64,000 nt of DNA from Felis catus (Eukaryota): assembly GCF_018350175.1 (NCBI RefSeq), contig NC_058368.1, positions 121,522,001 to 121,586,000 on the forward strand, read 5' to 3'. The notes under the pieces are model-generated. The model saw only the letters and a program-made list of their open reading frames with translations. It was not told the origin of the DNA and searched no databases. Shown here piece by piece: positions 62,082 to 64,000 of this stretch. Position numbers and translations under genes: made by a program. Position 1 is the first letter of the stretch. Each line of letters starts with the position of its first letter.

Positions 62082-62205
62082 GGGGCACCTGGGTGGCTCA
62101 GTTGGTTAAGCGTCTGACTTTGGCTCAGGTTGTGATCTCACAGTTTGTGAGTTCGAGCCCCGCTCCGCCTCAGGCTCTGTACTGGTGGTGTGGAGCCTGC
62201 TTGGG

Positions 62206-62243
<38 letters not shown>

Positions 62244-62315
62244 TCCCTCTCTCTCTCTGCCCCTTCCCCACTTGTGGTCTCTCTCTCAAAATAAATAAAC
62301 TTAAAAAAAATATAA
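62082..62315 (+). mobile_element. Can-SINE with (CT)n, inserted in a MIR
   Basis: Degenerate TSD aagacctt..agct.gta. Confidence 0.9.
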
Positions 62316-62400
62316 AAGACCTTACAGCTAGTAAAGGTGAAGTCAGGGTTCATGCCGGAGTCTGTCTCGCTTGGAAGCCTGGGCTCTTAACTCTGCAACC

Positions 62401-62579
62401 CAGGGCCAGTTTCATGGGTGTGGAACCGGTTCAGTGGCACAGGAATCCATGCTTAGAAGGGCCCCGGGCTTGGTTTAATGGTGTGTTGTTGCCATCTTGA
62501 AATTCTTAATACGTTTTTGAACAAGGGGATCCACATTTTCATTTTACACTGGGCCCTGCAAACTATGTAATTTGTCCTG
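62401..62579 (+). mobile_element. MER45A-type hAT-Tip100 DNA transposon
   Basis: cagggccagtttcatggg...agaagggcccc..gcttggtttaatg...ttgaaattcttaata...ctgggccctgcaaactatgta...tcctg. Confidence 0.85.
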
Positions 62580-63884
62580 CCGACACCACACCATCTCTCA
62601 TAACAATACATTGGATATGGTACGCACCCCCGTTTTTGGAAACCTCTTTGTCCCTGAAGCCCTAAACAGAGACTCCTATATGCACTGAAGCCCCAAACAG
62701 GGGCTTCTTCCCTCAAGATCTGTATGTTCAAATCTGAAAATACGTGAGTGTTTCTTTCTGGTTATAAAAGTAATACAGACAAGTACTAGAAGTAGTAGTC
62801 AAGGGAACTACAGTTTTATCTGTAGTGGAATAACTTTTTATAAGAAGAAGGTTAATTATGTTGAGTATATAAAGCTCTGTGTCCTCTATATAAACTTTTG
62901 TATCTTATATATAAATATTTTTATCCTTAGGATGATTTTTTTAGACTCACTCTCAGATGGATGCCTGGAGAGATATTCTAAGAATCTGTAGCACCCGGGG
63001 GAATTTTTGTTATACTTGTAGTCTACTTTTGTTCGATTATATGCTAGATAGGCATCTTTGGCTTTCCGCTAAAATGTTAAGTAATGTGTTGTGAAATATT
63101 CTTATTCTCCTGGAAAATATCCACCTCATTTGATAAAGGGAACTTAGCTTGTATCTTGTACATTCCTTCCAATGTCTAAATCAAACCCATCTCCTCTTAG
63201 CCCCCGTCCCTTTGTCAAGGCTGAAAGTAGCCCCATGGGGGTTTACCACTTGATCTTTGGTGCTGGTGATCCTTGGGCCTCTCTTGCCATGAAAAGCCTC
63301 ATATTGTGTAAGTTGCCATGTTGCGGGCTGGTCAGGTAACTTCTGTTACTTAGCAACCTTCTCCTGCTTTGTTAAGTTGGGCTGTTCAATCTCCTTAATG
63401 AATAAGAGCATCAAGCCAGGTAATTGATGCCTGGACGTTTAGCTCATGAATAATTGACTGTCTGGGTAATCCTAGATACATTTCCTCGATCAGATTGTAC
63501 AATGGAACAGTCATGTCATAGCCAGTGTCGAGTTTTGTGTGTGCGTTTTTTTTTTGTTTTGTTTTGTTTTTTTTTTTTTGGTCTTAATTGGTTTTATGAT
63601 GTCAGAAATCTGCTTTATTGACCCAAAGGCTCAAATGAACAATGGAAGCAATGATCCTCCCAAAGCTGGGACATGCTTCCTCTTTCCTCCACAAGAGCTC
63701 AGCGTTTCCCCTTCAGTCTGGGCTTAGAAAAGTTTTCAGCTCTGCTTGTGTATCTTTTCAGCTATCTTTTCCCACATACATCGGGAAGGCAATGTGGTCT
63801 AAAGGGGAGGAGGGAACTGAGAATTGGGTTTCCTGGGCAATGCCAATCAGTCACTCTGCAGCTCCAGGCCAACCTTAGCTCATC

Positions 63885-64000
63885 TGACTTATGTATTCAT
63901 TTATGCATTCCTTCAACACACGTTTGGAGCCCCTCCTGTGTGCCAGGCACTGGCGATTCTGTGAAAAACAAGGTTGGCCTTGTCTGCTTTCATGGAGATT
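63885..64000 (-). mobile_element. L2 3' end fragment
   Basis: attcatttatgcattccttcaaca..cgtttggagc..ctcctgtgtgccaggcactg. Confidence 0.7.

Noticed and set aside
62003..62500. 165-aa ORF
   Set aside because: Built from MIR, SINE, (CT)n and MER45A sequence.
1..64000. tRNA-like A/B-box sequences (tggctcagtcggttaag / gagttcgagccc) and recurring MAQLVK.../MAQSV... ORFs
   Set aside because: These are the tRNA-derived heads of Can-SINEs, not tRNA genes or a protein family.
1..64000. CRISPR-like arrays, prokaryotic or viral systems, snoRNA/miRNA genes, POU4F3 coding sequence
   Set aside because: I saw no regularly spaced repeat-spacer array, operon-like ORFs, convincing C/D or H/ACA structure, or POU/homeodomain peptide.

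Overview
Mammalian (cat-family) genomic DNA. About 43 tRNA-derived Can-SINEs of the SINEC_Fc type point to Felidae; I cannot determine the species. Positions 1-~27.8 kb hold the 3' half of RBM27 on the + strand. Nine coding exons (2098-24687) all have GT-AG borders, are all phase 0, and splice to 429 codons ending ...DDDDEDEDEYESRSWRR*. A ~3.1 kb repeat-free 3'UTR follows. The remaining ~36 kb has no recognisable gene. It is SINE, LINE, MIR, LTR and DNA-transposon debris interleaved with unique islands rich in developmental TF motifs. From recalled human synteny, this is probably the upstream regulatory interval of POU4F3, which itself is not in the window. Apart from the few ORFs overlapping RBM27 exons and the L1 ORF2 remnants, the ORF track is noise. 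I found no convincing novel biological system. The best leads are the internally truncated second RRM of RBM27 at a phase-0 junction, candidate POU4F3 enhancers (one with a POU4-type site), 3'UTR G-quadruplexes and alternative polyadenylation, and a young SINE variant. Repeat boundaries are approximate and family names were assigned by eye.
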